From the NCBI RefSeq assembly GCF_009914755.1, contig NC_060941.1: a DNA stretch of 64,000 nucleotides; one strand, written 5' to 3'. The notes under the pieces are model-generated. The model made no database searches, was not told where the DNA came from, and saw only the letters and a program-made list of their open reading frames with translations. The translations under genes and the position numbers were made by a program. The DNA is from the human T2T-CHM13v2.0 reference genome, Homo sapiens. Positions 1-12,228 of this stretch are shown piece after piece. Numbering within the stretch: position 1 is the stretch's first letter; the number at the start of each line of letters is the position of its first letter.

Positions 1-349
1 CACCAATGGTCGCCCAGAGCTACATCCAGTCTTGCAAGCTGCGTTCATGGTAAGTGCCCTATACAGGTGTATCATTTTTTATCTTTTATGCCGATTTTTA
101 CTCTATCTTTTGCTATGTTTAGATACACAAGTTCTTATTGTGTTACAATTGCCTACAGTATTCCCTGCAGTCACATGCTGTACAGGTTTGTAGCCTAGGA
201 GCAATAGGATATACCATATAGCCTAGGTTTGCAGTAAGCTACACCATCTAGGTTTGTGTAAATTCACTCAGTGATATTCACACAATGATGAAATTGCTTA
301 ACGACCCATTTCTCTGAAAGTATCCCTATTGTTCAGCAGTGCATGACTG
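1..349. mobile_element. Tigger3/MER7-type TcMar DNA transposon, one end
   Basis: Terminal ...tatccctattgttcagcagtgcatgactg followed by TA; internal text recalled from the Tigger3 consensus. Confidence 0.7.
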
Positions 350-351
350 TA

Positions 352-880
352 TTTTGGACATTAACCCTTTGTCATATATATAATTTGCAAATAATCCTCC
401 CATTCCATAGGTTGCCTTTCACTTTGTCAATTGTTTCTTTTGCTGTGTGGAAGCTTTCTAGTTTTATATCATCCCGCTTGTTTATTTTTGTTTTTATTGT
501 CTATGCTTTTGTTGTCATATCCATGAACTCATTGCCAAGACCAATGTCATGAAGCTTTCCTCCTATGTTTTCTTCTAGGAGTTCAACAATTTCAGGTCTT
601 ATGTTTATGTCTTTCATCCATTTTGAGTTGATTTTTGTGTATGGCATAAGATGGGGTCTAGTTTCATTCTTCTGCATGTGGATATCCTGTTTTCCCAACA
701 CAATTGGTTGAAGAGACTATCCCTTCCCCATCATGTATTCTTGGCACGCTTTTTGAAGATCAGTTGGCCATATATTCAGGGATTTATTTCTCGGCTGTCT
801 ATTCTGTTCCTTTGATCAATATGTTGGTCTTTACACTAGTGCCATATTGTTTTGATTTGTGTAGCTTTGTATGTGGGTTG
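352..880 (-). mobile_element. Old L1 ORF2 C-terminal fragment
   Basis: ORF 501..701 [25 protein letters not shown] is L1 ORF2p-like. Confidence 0.85.
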
Positions 881-2172
881 TTATTTCTATAAATGAGAGT
901 CAGTTTTGTGTAGGAAAAAAGGGTAAGGTGAATTGATAATAATCAAAAGGAAGCAGTTCACAAGGAGAACTGGGGGAAGGGAGTGTAATACTCAGACAGT
1001 TTAGTGTTGTTGGCCCCTTGGATGGAAGTGAGTAGGTGCTGTCCAGATGATATTTCAAGATTTGCCAAAGTCATCTTCCACCTTGTTTTCTAACTGAATA
1101 CTTGATCTTCAACTTCATCCTTCAACAAGGAATTTATACTGCATAGTTTCTTAAAGTTCCTCAAATAGGGTAGAAATCTAGATATATTTCCCACAAGTCA
1201 CATATCTCTCCTTCTCCTCCATCCTACTCAAACTGCCTTCCTAATAGAGGATAATGTAATTGAGCCTCTGGTTAGAAGAGCAGAAATTCAGCACCAAATA
1301 AGGTAGGCAACAACATTTTTTAATATTTTGTTTCTCAGATAAATGTTTGTCTTTTCATCATTTGAAAATTAGGAAGATTTACATTTCATTTCACAAGACA
1401 TCATTACATATATTTATGGTGCAGTCATTCTCACCTATTTCGCTTATTCCCTGTGGCTTCATGATGTATTTCTATACAGCCATGAGCTGGACATTGAATT
1501 ATAGCATTGCTTTTCCATTTATATTACACTGTAGAAATATATTTTCCCACATTGTTATGATGACTTATTTCTCCTTGTTATCATTTTTTTCACCTAACTC
1601 CTAAATTATCTATCATCTGCTATAAATTCTAGGTGTTAAAAATGATCCTAAGGCTACTCTTTAATTTTTTTCTGTCTATGAAAATAAATACATCAGGATG
1701 ATGCTGTTACCAGAATTTACATAAAATTGGAAATGTTAATTGATTTGAAATAAAATAATTAGGTTTACCTCTTGGTTCTGCCACTTGTTAACTTCTCATG
1801 TGACCTAACCTGTCTCTCAGCCAATTTCCACTTCATAAAGATAATAATCAATTTCATTTACGAAGGATACTCACAACGCTTTTTTGAAGTCTACTCATTT
1901 TTTTTACTGGAATAGCTATGTCTACGGTGAAAAGTCTCTGTAAGTTTTGGATAGGATAACACAATACCAGGACAGCCCCTGGCGCATAGTGGAACCATGA
2001 CATTTGCTATATCAGCTCTTACGTCTGCTTTCTCTTCTCTAGTTTACTTCCTGCAGAATCCAACAAATAATCTCTTTCTTTTAGGTTTTCCTTTTGAATG
2101 ACTATCACTCAACATAACTGACAAGTAACAGTGAACATTTGGTACCATTTCCAAAACAGCAACCATGTTTAC

Positions 2173-2313
2173 CTTTCCTGCCGAGCAGCCTGGGGGAAAA
2201 GCCTCAGGATCTCTGCATGGAGGGGCTCCACTTGTGCCAGGTTCTTCACCTTCATCTCCAGCAGGTAATCTTTGCCAAATTTGCTTTTCAGGTGTTGGAT
2301 GGAACCGATACAT
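2173..2313 (-). CDS. ABCA8: ABCA8 exon: [46 protein letters not shown]
   Basis: 141 nt, CAG acceptor, AG|GTAAAC donor; remaining exons lie beyond position 1. Confidence 0.94.
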
Positions 2314-2526
2314 CTGGAGGATGAGGTCATATGAGAAAGGAGAAAAAAAAAACCATTCAGTATGTTGTTTGAGAAACTTGATTTGCTGCTAGCATTGTCT
2401 CAAGGTCCCTATTGTTAGACCTGGGCACAGTCATTTCAGCTGTTTTCAGTGATCTCTCCCTGCCACAGACAAAAATTTCCAGCAATGCACCTTGGGCTCA
2501 AGTGTGGGTCCAGGACAGGCACTCAC

Positions 2527-2646
2527 CTCAACCTCCCAGATACCATGATGGCCACTCGGTCACACACGGCCTCAGCCTCTGCCATGTAGTGGGTGGTTAG
2601 GAGGGCACCCCTTTCCGTGTTTCTAAAGGTGGCCCGGATGGCCTGC
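2527..2646 (-). CDS. ABCA8: ABCA8 exon, NBD2 H-switch: [39 protein letters not shown]
   Basis: 120 nt, TAG acceptor, AG|GTGAGT donor. Confidence 0.95.
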
Positions 2647-3372
2647 CTATAATGTCAAGAGATTATTTGCAATTTAGGAAATCCTCTAATTAATCAGAAA
2701 GAGATAGAGAAAAGAATTTTTAACTGGCATGCGTGTGAATAATTAGCAAAAAGAGATTAAGTAAAAGAGGGTTCTTAATAGGGCAGGTAGGATGAGGAAG
2801 GACAAGCTAGGTGAGAGCTGTTAAACTGGAATCATGCATTGGAAGAGGGGCGTTTACAGAACACAACATTCATTATAGGGTTGTGTTCAAAGAGAAGTGC
2901 TAAGCAAGAGAGGCTTGTTTGTGAGAAGTCTGTGTGAAGGGGAACAGAATGACATAAAATTTAACAACAGCATCTCACAACCTAGTGAGAAGAAAATAAA
3001 ATGTACAGTAAACACGTACAATGACAACCATGTTTACACCTTAATGAGAACTACTGTTCTCATGCTAAGTATGGAACACTACGTGATTGTGATCTAGAAA
3101 TGCACCTAAAAGATCAGCTGAGCGCTTATGAAACTCAAGAGTGAGACCTATGGGCCCTAACAATGGTAATTCTTTCTTCAATAAGAAATGGTTGTAAAAT
3201 ATCATCAGGGAAAGATCTTTTTTTTTTGCAAAGTATTGGTTTTACAAGTGACATTGATAGTTTTTTTGTTCTCCACAAAAGAGTTTAAGGGACAATTTTT
3301 ACAGAAGAAAAATGGTTCACAGGCTCCATGCAAGTCATCCGTGCTGTCCCTGACCGTGGTAATGTTCCTCAC

Positions 3373-3467
3373 CACATTTGCTGCTGCCCCTCGGGGTCCA
3401 TCCCGGTCGACGGCTCATCCAGAAGCACCACTGACGGGTTCCCCAGTATGCTCAGGACAAAGCACAG
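3373..3467 (-). CDS. ABCA8: ABCA8 exon, NBD2 Walker B: [31 protein letters not shown](W)
   Basis: 95 nt, CAG acceptor, GTGAG donor. Confidence 0.95.
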
Positions 3468-3540
3468 CTGCAACGGGAGGAACAGCCCATCTGGTTCCCA
3501 TCTATGGCACTTGCAGAGCAACACCAAGCCCTGCCCGTAC

Positions 3541-3616
3541 CTTTCTCTTTATTCCCTCTGACAAGGTCTTCACCGGAGACTTCAGCTGGTCCTGCAGCTT
3601 GAGCGCATCCACTAAC
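3541..3616 (-). CDS. ABCA8: ABCA8 exon, NBD2 variant signature: [25 protein letters not shown]
   Basis: 76 nt, CAG acceptor, AAG|GTACGG donor. Confidence 0.94.
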
Positions 3617-3914
3617 CTGAAGGAAACAGGAGAGTCGTACAGTCTTCTTGACAAGAGGAAATAGATAAGAGGATAACCCAAGCAAGGGTGGAGAAGCAGA
3701 ACTCAAAAATGCAGTTCTGGAAATACATGTGGTCGGGGGGCAGGGAAGGAGGGGTGATATTACTGGCTGACTTGCTCCCCTACAAAAGATAATATTGCTT
3801 TTTGAAGAAATAGAAGGACATGACATGATATCCAAATAGTTGTTCTATGACAGTCCAAATTTTAGTATTTTCTATACATTTTAGCAATGAATAATTACTT
3901 TTTAAATTTTAAAT

Positions 3915-4231
3915 TTTATTATTATTATTTTTTTGAGACAAGGTCTGACTCTATCCCCGAGGCTGGAGTGCAGTGGTGTAATCTTGGCTCACTGCAGCCT
4001 CTGCCTCCTGGCTCAAGCCATCCTCCCACCTCAGTTTCCCAAGTAGCTGGGACCACAGGTGCGCACCACCATGCCCGGCTAATTTTTGTATTTTTGTATT
4101 TTTCTTTTTAATTTAGAGATGAGGTTTCACCAAGTTGCCTAGGCTGGTCTGAAACTCACGAGCTCAAGCAGTCCACCTGCCTCAGCCTCCCAAAGTGCTG
4201 GGGTTAGAGGCATGAGCCACTGCGCCCAGCC
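3915..4231 (-). mobile_element. AluJ-like SINE
   Basis: Dimeric Alu reverse complement with poly-T, ctcaagccatcctccc J-type text. Confidence 0.9.
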
Positions 4232-4431
4232 TTTTTAAATTTTCTTATTTAATATGAGAAAGAAACTTAATACTTTGATATCCAGGAAAGGAGTTTCTAG
4301 TTGTAAATCTACCCAGTGTCACCTGGGTCAGCATTTAGAGTCTCCCATCCTGAATTTCCTGTGAGGGTCATCACTCTCAACCTCCTCCACCCCTCCCTTG
4401 GGTATAGAACAGATGTGGCTCCTCTGTGTAC

Positions 4432-4592
4432 CGTGTGATGGCAACCTCAGCATCCCCTTTCCTCAGCCCTTTCACGGCGGCGTACACCTCCAGGTGCTGC
4501 CTCACTGTCAGGTTGGGCCACAGCGCGTTCTCCTGAGGGCAGTACCCCAGGAACTCCAGGGCATCCCCTCCACCGCTCCCTTTCAGTAGCAC
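4432..4592 (-). CDS. ABCA8: ABCA8 exon, NBD2 Q-loop: [53 protein letters not shown]
   Basis: 161 nt, CAG acceptor, CG|GTACAC donor; GYCPQ motif. Confidence 0.95.
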
Positions 4593-4919
4593 CTGCAGAT
4601 GAAAGTTCCCTCTCAGAACCTACCTTCTGCACTGCTTCTTTGAGTATTTCCATGACATCATTCTCTTCACGAACCTAGAAAAACTAGAGAAACTCTAAAC
4701 CTCATTGGGTTTAATAATCTGTAATCATTTTGCATTGGAGAAAGGTTGTCAGAGAGCAAATACAGGAAAATAAGTGTGTCCACAGCCAACAATCCAATCT
4801 CAGCTGAAAAATCCAATATCCCATAAATGTGGTGCCTGTCCATCCTGGCCAACAGTTTATATCCATTTTTTTTAAATCACTGTCAAAATGAAGCATATTG
4901 ATTGAATTACTATTTAACT

Positions 4920-5480
4920 TCGCTCATGGATCAACATCTTTTGAGTACCTCCTATGTAACAAGTGCTGTGTTGCCTGTGGGTACAGCGGAGGGTGGAATA
5001 ACTAGTGCTTCGTTATCTGGAGTTTTCATTCTACTGAATGAATCAGGCAATAAACAAGTAGAGAAATGAACATGCAGAATAAAGACAGATCAAAAGTGGT
5101 GCTGTTATGGAAATTCAGGAGGCTGGGGTAAGAATAACTGGGGAAGTGGCAGTAGGTAGGGTAATTAGAAAGAGCCTGTCTTCTGAGGGCCATTTCAACA
5201 AAGAGGAGAAGATGCTAGTCATGGAAAAAAAGGCAAGAGCAAGGAATCTGGGGCAGAGCAAGAGCGAGACCAAAGCCCTGTGTGGGGATGAAGCTTGATG
5301 TGGAAGCTTGACGGGGAGGACAAATATGTGGCAAGAGGGACAGGGAAGCCAGTTCCTGCAGCTGCTTGCAAGACAAGCAGGGATGTGTCCTTCCAGCCAT
5401 AGAGCAGCAAGCGTTCACTGAAAGTATTTAATCAGGAGAATGCATGGATTAAAAAAACTCACGCTGGCTGATCCAATTAA
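4920..5480. mobile_element. L2-like fragment
   Basis: ttgagtacctcctatgt...caataaacaagta...gggcagagc pattern typical of L2; degraded. Confidence 0.45.
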
Positions 5481-6334
5481 GCTTATTTTGTGACACCCAA
5501 ATGGCTGGCTTTCTACTTCAGGTCAGACTTACCTTTTACAAGATTTCATTCCAATGTATTAATGAGCAGTTATCTCCTTTCCTCCCATGCTTAATGAGAA
5601 ATAAAATACTGACTTTGGGCCCAGGTGGTGACTGAGTTGGAGGGTGTCCATGATTGAAGTTAAGGACTAAATTAGAGTTGGCCAAGCCACCAGCAGAGAG
5701 GAACCTTCATGAACATCTGCTCTCACTGTGGCTACAGAGGGATTGTGAATATCGGTTTTCTCTTCTTTCATTAGTGGAGTATTTGTCAATAGCATTCCAA
5801 GCTGTCTTTTCCTTTCTTGGCTTGACTACTAGCCCCTTTCCCACGGTACAGTTTCACAGGCATCTGCCTTATATTCTGTTCTGTACTTCCCTTGGACATT
5901 CTTTGTAAAAGAGTTCTTAAGGTTTTCTATCTTCTGCCATAGAATTTAGGAGAAAATGTTTTATCTCTACCCCATGATGTCTCTCTTAGATAAACCTGAG
6001 CTCTTTTTCTGTTTGCCTAGCCACCTTATACAACTAAATTACAAGTACAATTAAAGTCAATTTCACCCCCTTGTATCTAATTTTTGATCTATTTCTTGAA
6101 AACACTCCCCAAAAATAGTTGCATTTGCACAAAAATGTATGTTCCAATAACTAAGCATTTTGTGAAGGACAACTGTCTAATACAGTTTTTTAAAAACAGT
6201 TTTATGAAAGATTAAATATTACATACTGGAAAGACAATGCTCACTGAAAGTGCAAATCCGTGTGACTGATGGCAGTATAAATAGGATGTGTGTGAATTCT
6301 GGCATTAATTTCAGCTCTGATGCTGGACATTCTC

Positions 6335-6514
6335 TCTTAATGCCTTTAATAATTACCCCTTGATGGTGGCTGCAGCCCGTCTGCAGCCATCACAGCAAAG
6401 ATGCTGGCTGCAGCAAGGGAGACGTCTTAATACCTTTAATAGTTACTCCTTGATGGCAGTGGCAGCCTGTCTGGAGCCACCACAGCAAAGATGCTGGCTG
6501 TAGCAGGGGAGGTG
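6335..6514 (+). repeat. Two-copy 90-bp tandem duplication across the LTR 5' junction
   Basis: tcttaa...gggagacg (6335-6424) vs tcttaa...gggaggtg (6425-6514); about 14 mismatches by hand count. Confidence 0.9.
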
Positions 6515-7851
6515 TGACTGGGGCTGTGTACTCCGGGGGACTGGCAGGGGCCAGAAACAGGTAAGAGCCCTGCCCTTCGCTGAATTGGAGCATCCTTTAC
6601 TGAATCTCAGGGGCAGTTGCATGCTCCAATTTTGGAGCAAAGTTGTGGCCAAGCCCAGGTGCTGTTGCAACCCTGCTGGGTGTGTACGTGCCCAGGGTGG
6701 AACTGCCATGCCAGCCTCCTGCCACCTCAGCTCGCTCTGGATTTTGGGCCCTGACAAGTGTGGAAGGGAGTCCGGGGGGGTGCTGAGGGCAGCTCAGCAT
6801 GGACTTGCAGGTGCACCTCAGCACAAACCACCTGGGTGCCATAGATGGCATGTTGATGGCAGCAGGCAGACAGGTTCCTGGATAGAAAGGGGTGGTTCTC
6901 TGGTGAAACCCCACCTTCAAGCCACCTTCAAGCTTCAGGGATGGCCTGAAGCCTGGGTGCCAGGCTGCCGGTTCTAGGTGGAGTCTGTGACCCAGAGTGA
7001 GAACTTATGATGCTTTTTCCAGGCCTGCCCATGGCCACTCATGGACCAAATGGCACACACTTCCTCCTTTCTGAGCCCATAAAAATCCTGGACTCAGCCA
7101 GATTCACACAGACTTAGGGACTACCAGCTGCAGAAAGGAGCTACCCACTTTGGGTCTCCTCTCCATTAGGGGCTGGACACTCATCGAGATGACCTGCCTA
7201 CAAATAGGAGACCCACTTTGGGTCTCCTGAGAGCTATTCTGTCGCTCAGTGAAGCTCCTCACCTCCAGTTATTCACATACCTCATTCTTCCTGGACATGG
7301 GACAAGAGCTCAGGACCTGCCAAATGGTGGGACTAAAAAAGCTGTAACACAAACAGGGCTGAAACATGCCCCCCACTTGCCATGTTGCAGGCAATGAGAA
7401 GCAGAGAAGAGCTGCAGCCCTTCGGGGATCCCAGACTTAGGGGATCCCCGAGCCAGGGCTGTGATATCCTTTTTAGGGCTCTGTGGTTTCTGGCACCTCC
7501 AAGCTTCTGGGTGCCACCACATTTTTTGGTGCCTGCAGTGGAAGCCGCTTGCAGTATGCAAGCATGGAGGTGGCGCCTGTGCCAGTGCCTGGAGCAGCCT
7601 GCCCCACCACAACCAGCATGCCTGGCTGTGTGCAGCAGCCAGACCCCATGCTTGCTCACACACCCATCACCGCTATGCACCTGGCTCATTCTTGGCAGGC
7701 TTGGGATCCAGGCTGGTGGCATGAACAGAGTGCAGCCTGCTGAGCTGAGTGGACAGAATGAGCCCAGCGGGTCTGAGCCAAACTTGGGCAAAGGCGCCAC
7801 CAGCTCCAGAGGTTTTGACTGGAAAAGCGACACCCTAAGGATTCTGTGACA
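6451..7851 (+). mobile_element. Solo ERV1 LTR, MER52-like
   Basis: TG...CA termini (tgatggcagtggcagcc... ggattctgtgaca), GC-rich 1.4 kb, internal cccactttgggtctcct repeats, near-TSD tcct/acct. Confidence 0.75.
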
Positions 7852-8032
7852 ACCTTTCAGTGCTTAGCTTTTGTGTGCATTTATGTGATAATTCGTGAAT
7901 TTATTCTCTTGGGTAGTTCATTAATCACTTCAGTTATATAAGGATTAAGTGGAATCTGTTGTTTTTAAGGTCATCAAATCTTATCAATCTATTTCACCAT
8001 TAGATAACATATTTTCCACATAATTCACCTAC

Positions 8033-8124
8033 TTGTCCAGCAGTTGGTTTTGTGTCTCCAGTTATCACCTTAATGGATGTGCTTTTACCAGCTCCATTGT
8101 GTCCTAATAATCCTAAAACTTCAC
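8033..8124 (-). CDS. ABCA8: ABCA8 exon, NBD2 Walker A: [30 protein letters not shown]
   Basis: 92 nt, CAG acceptor, CAA|GTAGGT donor. Confidence 0.95.
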
Positions 8125-8194
8125 CTGAAAAAAAGGTTACACTTAATATTAATCTATTTTAATGGTAACATTAAGAGTAAAACATAGTTGAAAT

Positions 8195-8400
8195 CTCACT
8201 ATGTGACAAGCATTTGCTATTAGTTGTCATTTAATTGTCACAACCACCCTGAGAAGTTGTTATTTTAGCCCCTTCTTATGTAGTTGGGGCAGAAGCTCTC
8301 AATGATGGGGTTACCTGTGCAAAGTCACACTGATGGAAAGTGGCAAAACCACTCTTGGAAGCCAAGTGTTTCAGATTCTGTCTCCTGTGATCCTAACCTT
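8195..8400. mobile_element. MIR
   Basis: catttaat...cacaaccaccctgaga...aaagtcacac...agtggca core resemblance. Confidence 0.55.
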
Positions 8401-8775
8401 GGTGCAATAATGGCACAAACTGAGGTCATCTAACAGTTGCTGGCCAAGCCTTCAGAGTGTGCTAGCACATCTTGGTTCTCTTGTGAAAAACAATGAACTT
8501 TAGGAAATCAATTGTGTTCATTTAATAGAAATGTTATTACTTCAAAAGTTCATCTTATTAGAGAGCTTATGGTTTAGTTGTAGATGTGACTAGGCTCCTC
8601 TTTGTGAGGTGAGTTAATTTAAGTTAGAAATGAAACATACAAAGGAAGCTGTCATTGTCATTCTCCTCTGGGTCTGCATGTGAACCAAGAGGTGGTTTCC
8701 AGAATAATGCTCATTAGGAACCAGGAACCTCTGAGGAGGGCTCTGAGCCAGAAGTGGAAGATCCCTATGGCCAAC

Positions 8776-8893
8776 CTTTTCTAACACAGAAGGAGACATT
8801 TCTCGTGGCTATCTTATTCTTCCTCTTGGAAAAACAGCCTTTCCTCTTCCCTGCATACTCCTTGCGTAGACAGCTGGCAATGATGACTGGCTT
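8776..8893 (-). CDS. ABCA8: ABCA8 exon, start of NBD2: [39 protein letters not shown]
   Basis: 118 nt, CAG acceptor, AAG|GTTGGC donor. Confidence 0.93.
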
Positions 8894-9511
8894 CTGTAAA
8901 TGACAAGAAGTTATTATGTCAGACCTTAATTCTCTCCATTAGCTTTGAAACAAAATTCCATCTTCCCATTGGCTGGACCCTTTGTTGCCCCAGCCATGCA
9001 TCAAAGAAGACCTTCTATTTGGTGACATGCTCCTTGGCCATGCCCTATCCTAACACTTGCTTTTGGAGAGGAGAGACTCATTTTCCTCTCCTACAAAGGC
9101 AGTTTTTTCAGGAGCACAGTATTTTATACAGCTTGCCTGTCCTTTCAGAACAAACGGGGGCAATGAAACTTAGAGAAGCACTGATTATCCTCAAACAACA
9201 AAACAAATGCTGTGGGCTGGACCTGACCCTGAATTTGTACTGTGCACTTTCTCCAACAAGCAATGATGTCTGCTGCTTAGCTCAGATTCTGAAATTCTTT
9301 CTTGGCTTTAATAATTTCTATTGCACTCTATTTTTAATTTATTCTAAGAACAAAAGAGTTAACATGACTTTTAGTCGCTCATTTAATCGTAAAAATGGCA
9401 ATTACCTACTAAAATAGTGATCCTCATTTGTAAGGAACAGAGAAACTCAAAATCATTAGAGAATTAGACTGGTAGACTGACTAATAAAAAAACCTTTGTG
9501 TTATGTTTTAC

Positions 9512-9632
9512 CTCATCAAAATTAGTAGAATTCAAGGCATTTGCTGTTCTCACTCTTTCCATCTGAACATCTTCATCCTCTCCTTCTGGTTCTTCTGGAT
9601 TTTGACACACATCACTACTTCTTGGAGAAATT
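9512..9632 (-). CDS. ABCA8: ABCA8 exon: [40 protein letters not shown]
   Basis: 121 nt, TAG acceptor, GAG|GTAAAA donor; EDEDV..ER motif. Confidence 0.94.
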
Positions 9633-10703
9633 CTAGAGTCAAAACCATCCATTAATATTGATTTCTGGCTTTCATCTTTGTATCAAAAGTTGCATTATTT
9701 AAAGCATATGTTTGAGTAGTACGAGCAATTAACAAACCATCATAATCTCCCTTCACAACTCTCATCCCCTTAAAACCTCCTTGCTTATCTTATCTATAGA
9801 AATATGTTTTTTTCAATATCAACTTGAAACCTAATAGCTGACGAAGAATTTTTATATCATAGCTCAATGAAGTAATTTTTCTGGGAACCCTGGCTTTGAC
9901 ACCACCATGTTGACATCATTATGTTTTCATGGGGAAAATGGGCCAGAATATTTGTAATCAGGAGTTTCTAGCAAAATACAAGTTAGATGCTTGATCTCTC
10001 ATTTCTTCAGAATATGTGGCATATTGACTTTTCCTCTCCATTCTAAGTCTGATAATATCCAGGATATACTTATTCTAGTCTCTCTTCCCTTGAGTGCCTC
10101 CTTCATACTGATCTCAGAAGATTTATTAAAGGTCTGCTTTCATCTTGGCAGTCTCCCATCCAACTTTCTGTAATAGCAAAAGATGAAACTGATGTGGTTT
10201 GGGAGACACAGAGGGAGCAAGATGCTTATGGTCACTCTTCTTTGTATGGTGCCGAAAATAGTCTCAGCTTTTAAGTCCCATTAATAACTGAACCAGTCTG
10301 TGATCCACTGGCTGGGATGCTCACTACCAGGAAAAGAACACAGCTATTGCTGTCCTTGGCCAGTGGATCATTCTGTTCCTTCCTCCTGGATGAATGGCAT
10401 TTATTCAACTGGCAATATATTGTTTGTTAGATGGGACCTGCCACATTTAACTTTCCCCAGTGCTCCACTGTGGATAGTGTCAGATAGAGCCTTAATACTC
10501 CATGTTTCAGGTCCGTTTCTTCCACTAGATCATAATCTTCTTGGGTTTAGGTATCTGGATCTGTATTATTTGTATGGGCACATGGTTCCTACTCCAGCCT
10601 ATCCTAGCACAACGGCACCTCTTTGTTAATGAATTGATTTATGCATGAAAAATATTTTACGATATTGATCAACAAAATAAAAATCTGATGTGTTTTTTCC
10701 AAC

Positions 10704-10795
10704 CTAAAGAAAGGATCCTTTCTCATTGATTTCTTTCCAAACTTCCATTCCAGACATCGAAGAGTAAAAAGAAAAATGATAAAATGAAGGAAAGG
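10704..10795 (-). CDS. ABCA8: ABCA8 exon: [30 protein letters not shown](R)
   Basis: 92 nt, TAG acceptor, AG|GTTGGA donor. Confidence 0.91.
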
Positions 10796-11243
10796 CTAGG
10801 AATAAAGAGAGATGCACAATTAGAAACATAAAAAGATAATTGTTCAATATCAGAGATATACTAATAATAACCGAACTTCTAAAAAAATACATTCAGTGAA
10901 ATAATTACAAACTCCTAATAACCTATCCAGCAAATTGTGAAACTATCAAGTTCATTTTCAATCTTTTTTATAGAAACGTAGGAAACAACTATAGTTATGT
11001 GATATTATTACTTTCTCATTTCCTCTAACAGTTGTACAGAGTCCTTAAAATTTGGGAGGCACATTACCTGGTCATTTGATCTTTGTAAAAATAATTCTTC
11101 CGGATTTTACAAGCATTATATCTCCTTGGGCTATAGATACCTATATCTCTAACTTAATAAAAGAAGTTTCACAGTGCGTACAGAACTGAAAATTATTAAA
11201 TTTAGTAAAAAGTGATAATTTTTAAAGAACAGTGTGTTCTTAC

Positions 11244-11309
11244 AATTAGGAATACCAGAAATGGCTGTACATCCATTCGTTCTTCAGAAAAGAGAGAAGA
11301 AAAGAGAAG
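11244..11309 (-). CDS. ABCA8: ABCA8 exon: LLFSSLFSEERMDVQPFLVFLI
   Basis: 66 nt, CAG acceptor with pyrimidine tract, GTAAG donor, phase 0-0. Confidence 0.88.
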
Positions 11310-12108
11310 CTGCAAAAGAAAAGACAATTGCTAAACAGGGAGTTTTTTGTTTCCTGAATTTTGTCCACATATACGTGAATTGGCCCTAAACAGCCCTGCT
11401 AACATTTGACCATGAATATCACCTAAGTGTCCTTTCTAAAGTGTATAGCAAGGGGCTGTCTTCCTTCCTCCCAAGGTCTATGAGCTTTTGTTTGAAGCAA
11501 TAGGATTTATCAATTACTAATCACCTGGCGAGAGAATCCTGGAGATCCGTGCTAACCTCCCCAAACAGTGAGAGACAGTGTTTATTCTTCTCACACAGAA
11601 CTTCACATACCTTCCTGTGCCCATCGTTTCTCTTTGTGGGGCCCCTTCTCTTCCTTTCCCCTTCCCATAGATACCTCTTCACTCATGTACAGTAACTTCC
11701 TTCCTTTTGCATAGGTATAGGTATCAGTCAGCCAGAAAAAAGGACTTTGCTTATCTTGGGTGCTTCTTTAGAACTCTGAAATCCCAAAGATTAGGGACAT
11801 TTCATTTGCTTCCTTCTAAAGCCGAGCATATCAAGGAGGAAATAAGGCCCCACATGAGTATAAGGACTACTCTGTTTCCCACTACCCCTTACCCTTTCTT
11901 CCCATATATTAATCAGGACCAAATTTTCCATTACCAGTCAGCTGGAACATATTGTTTTATCTGGGAGAAAATCAATTGGATTCCGTCAGGCAGAAATCTT
12001 TGAACCCCATGCACTTTAAACATGTTGTAGTAGACCTTCAACATTGGGCAAAGCTTCACAATTGGTCATGAGTTTCAAGGGACTGGGACAGACTGTGTCA
12101 TTACTTAC

Positions 12109-12228
12109 ATGAGAAGATAAGAACAAACAGCCAATCATTGTGGCAGGTGGTATTAAAAAAGTGAAGATAAATGGAATATCACTTTCGAAGATACTGAACG
12201 CAAATCCAGCCACAGAGAATACAGTGAC
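12109..12228 (-). CDS. ABCA8: ABCA8 exon: [40 protein letters not shown]
   Basis: 120 nt, TAG acceptor, GTAAGT donor. Confidence 0.93.

Noticed and set aside
3188-3835. 158-aa plus-strand and 127-aa minus-strand ORFs
   Set aside because: Antisense or off-frame shadows of the GC-rich NBD2 exons with no recognisable domain.
6390-7849. Cluster of 70-166 aa ORFs on both strands
   Set aside because: All lie within the GC-rich LTR, where stops are scarce.
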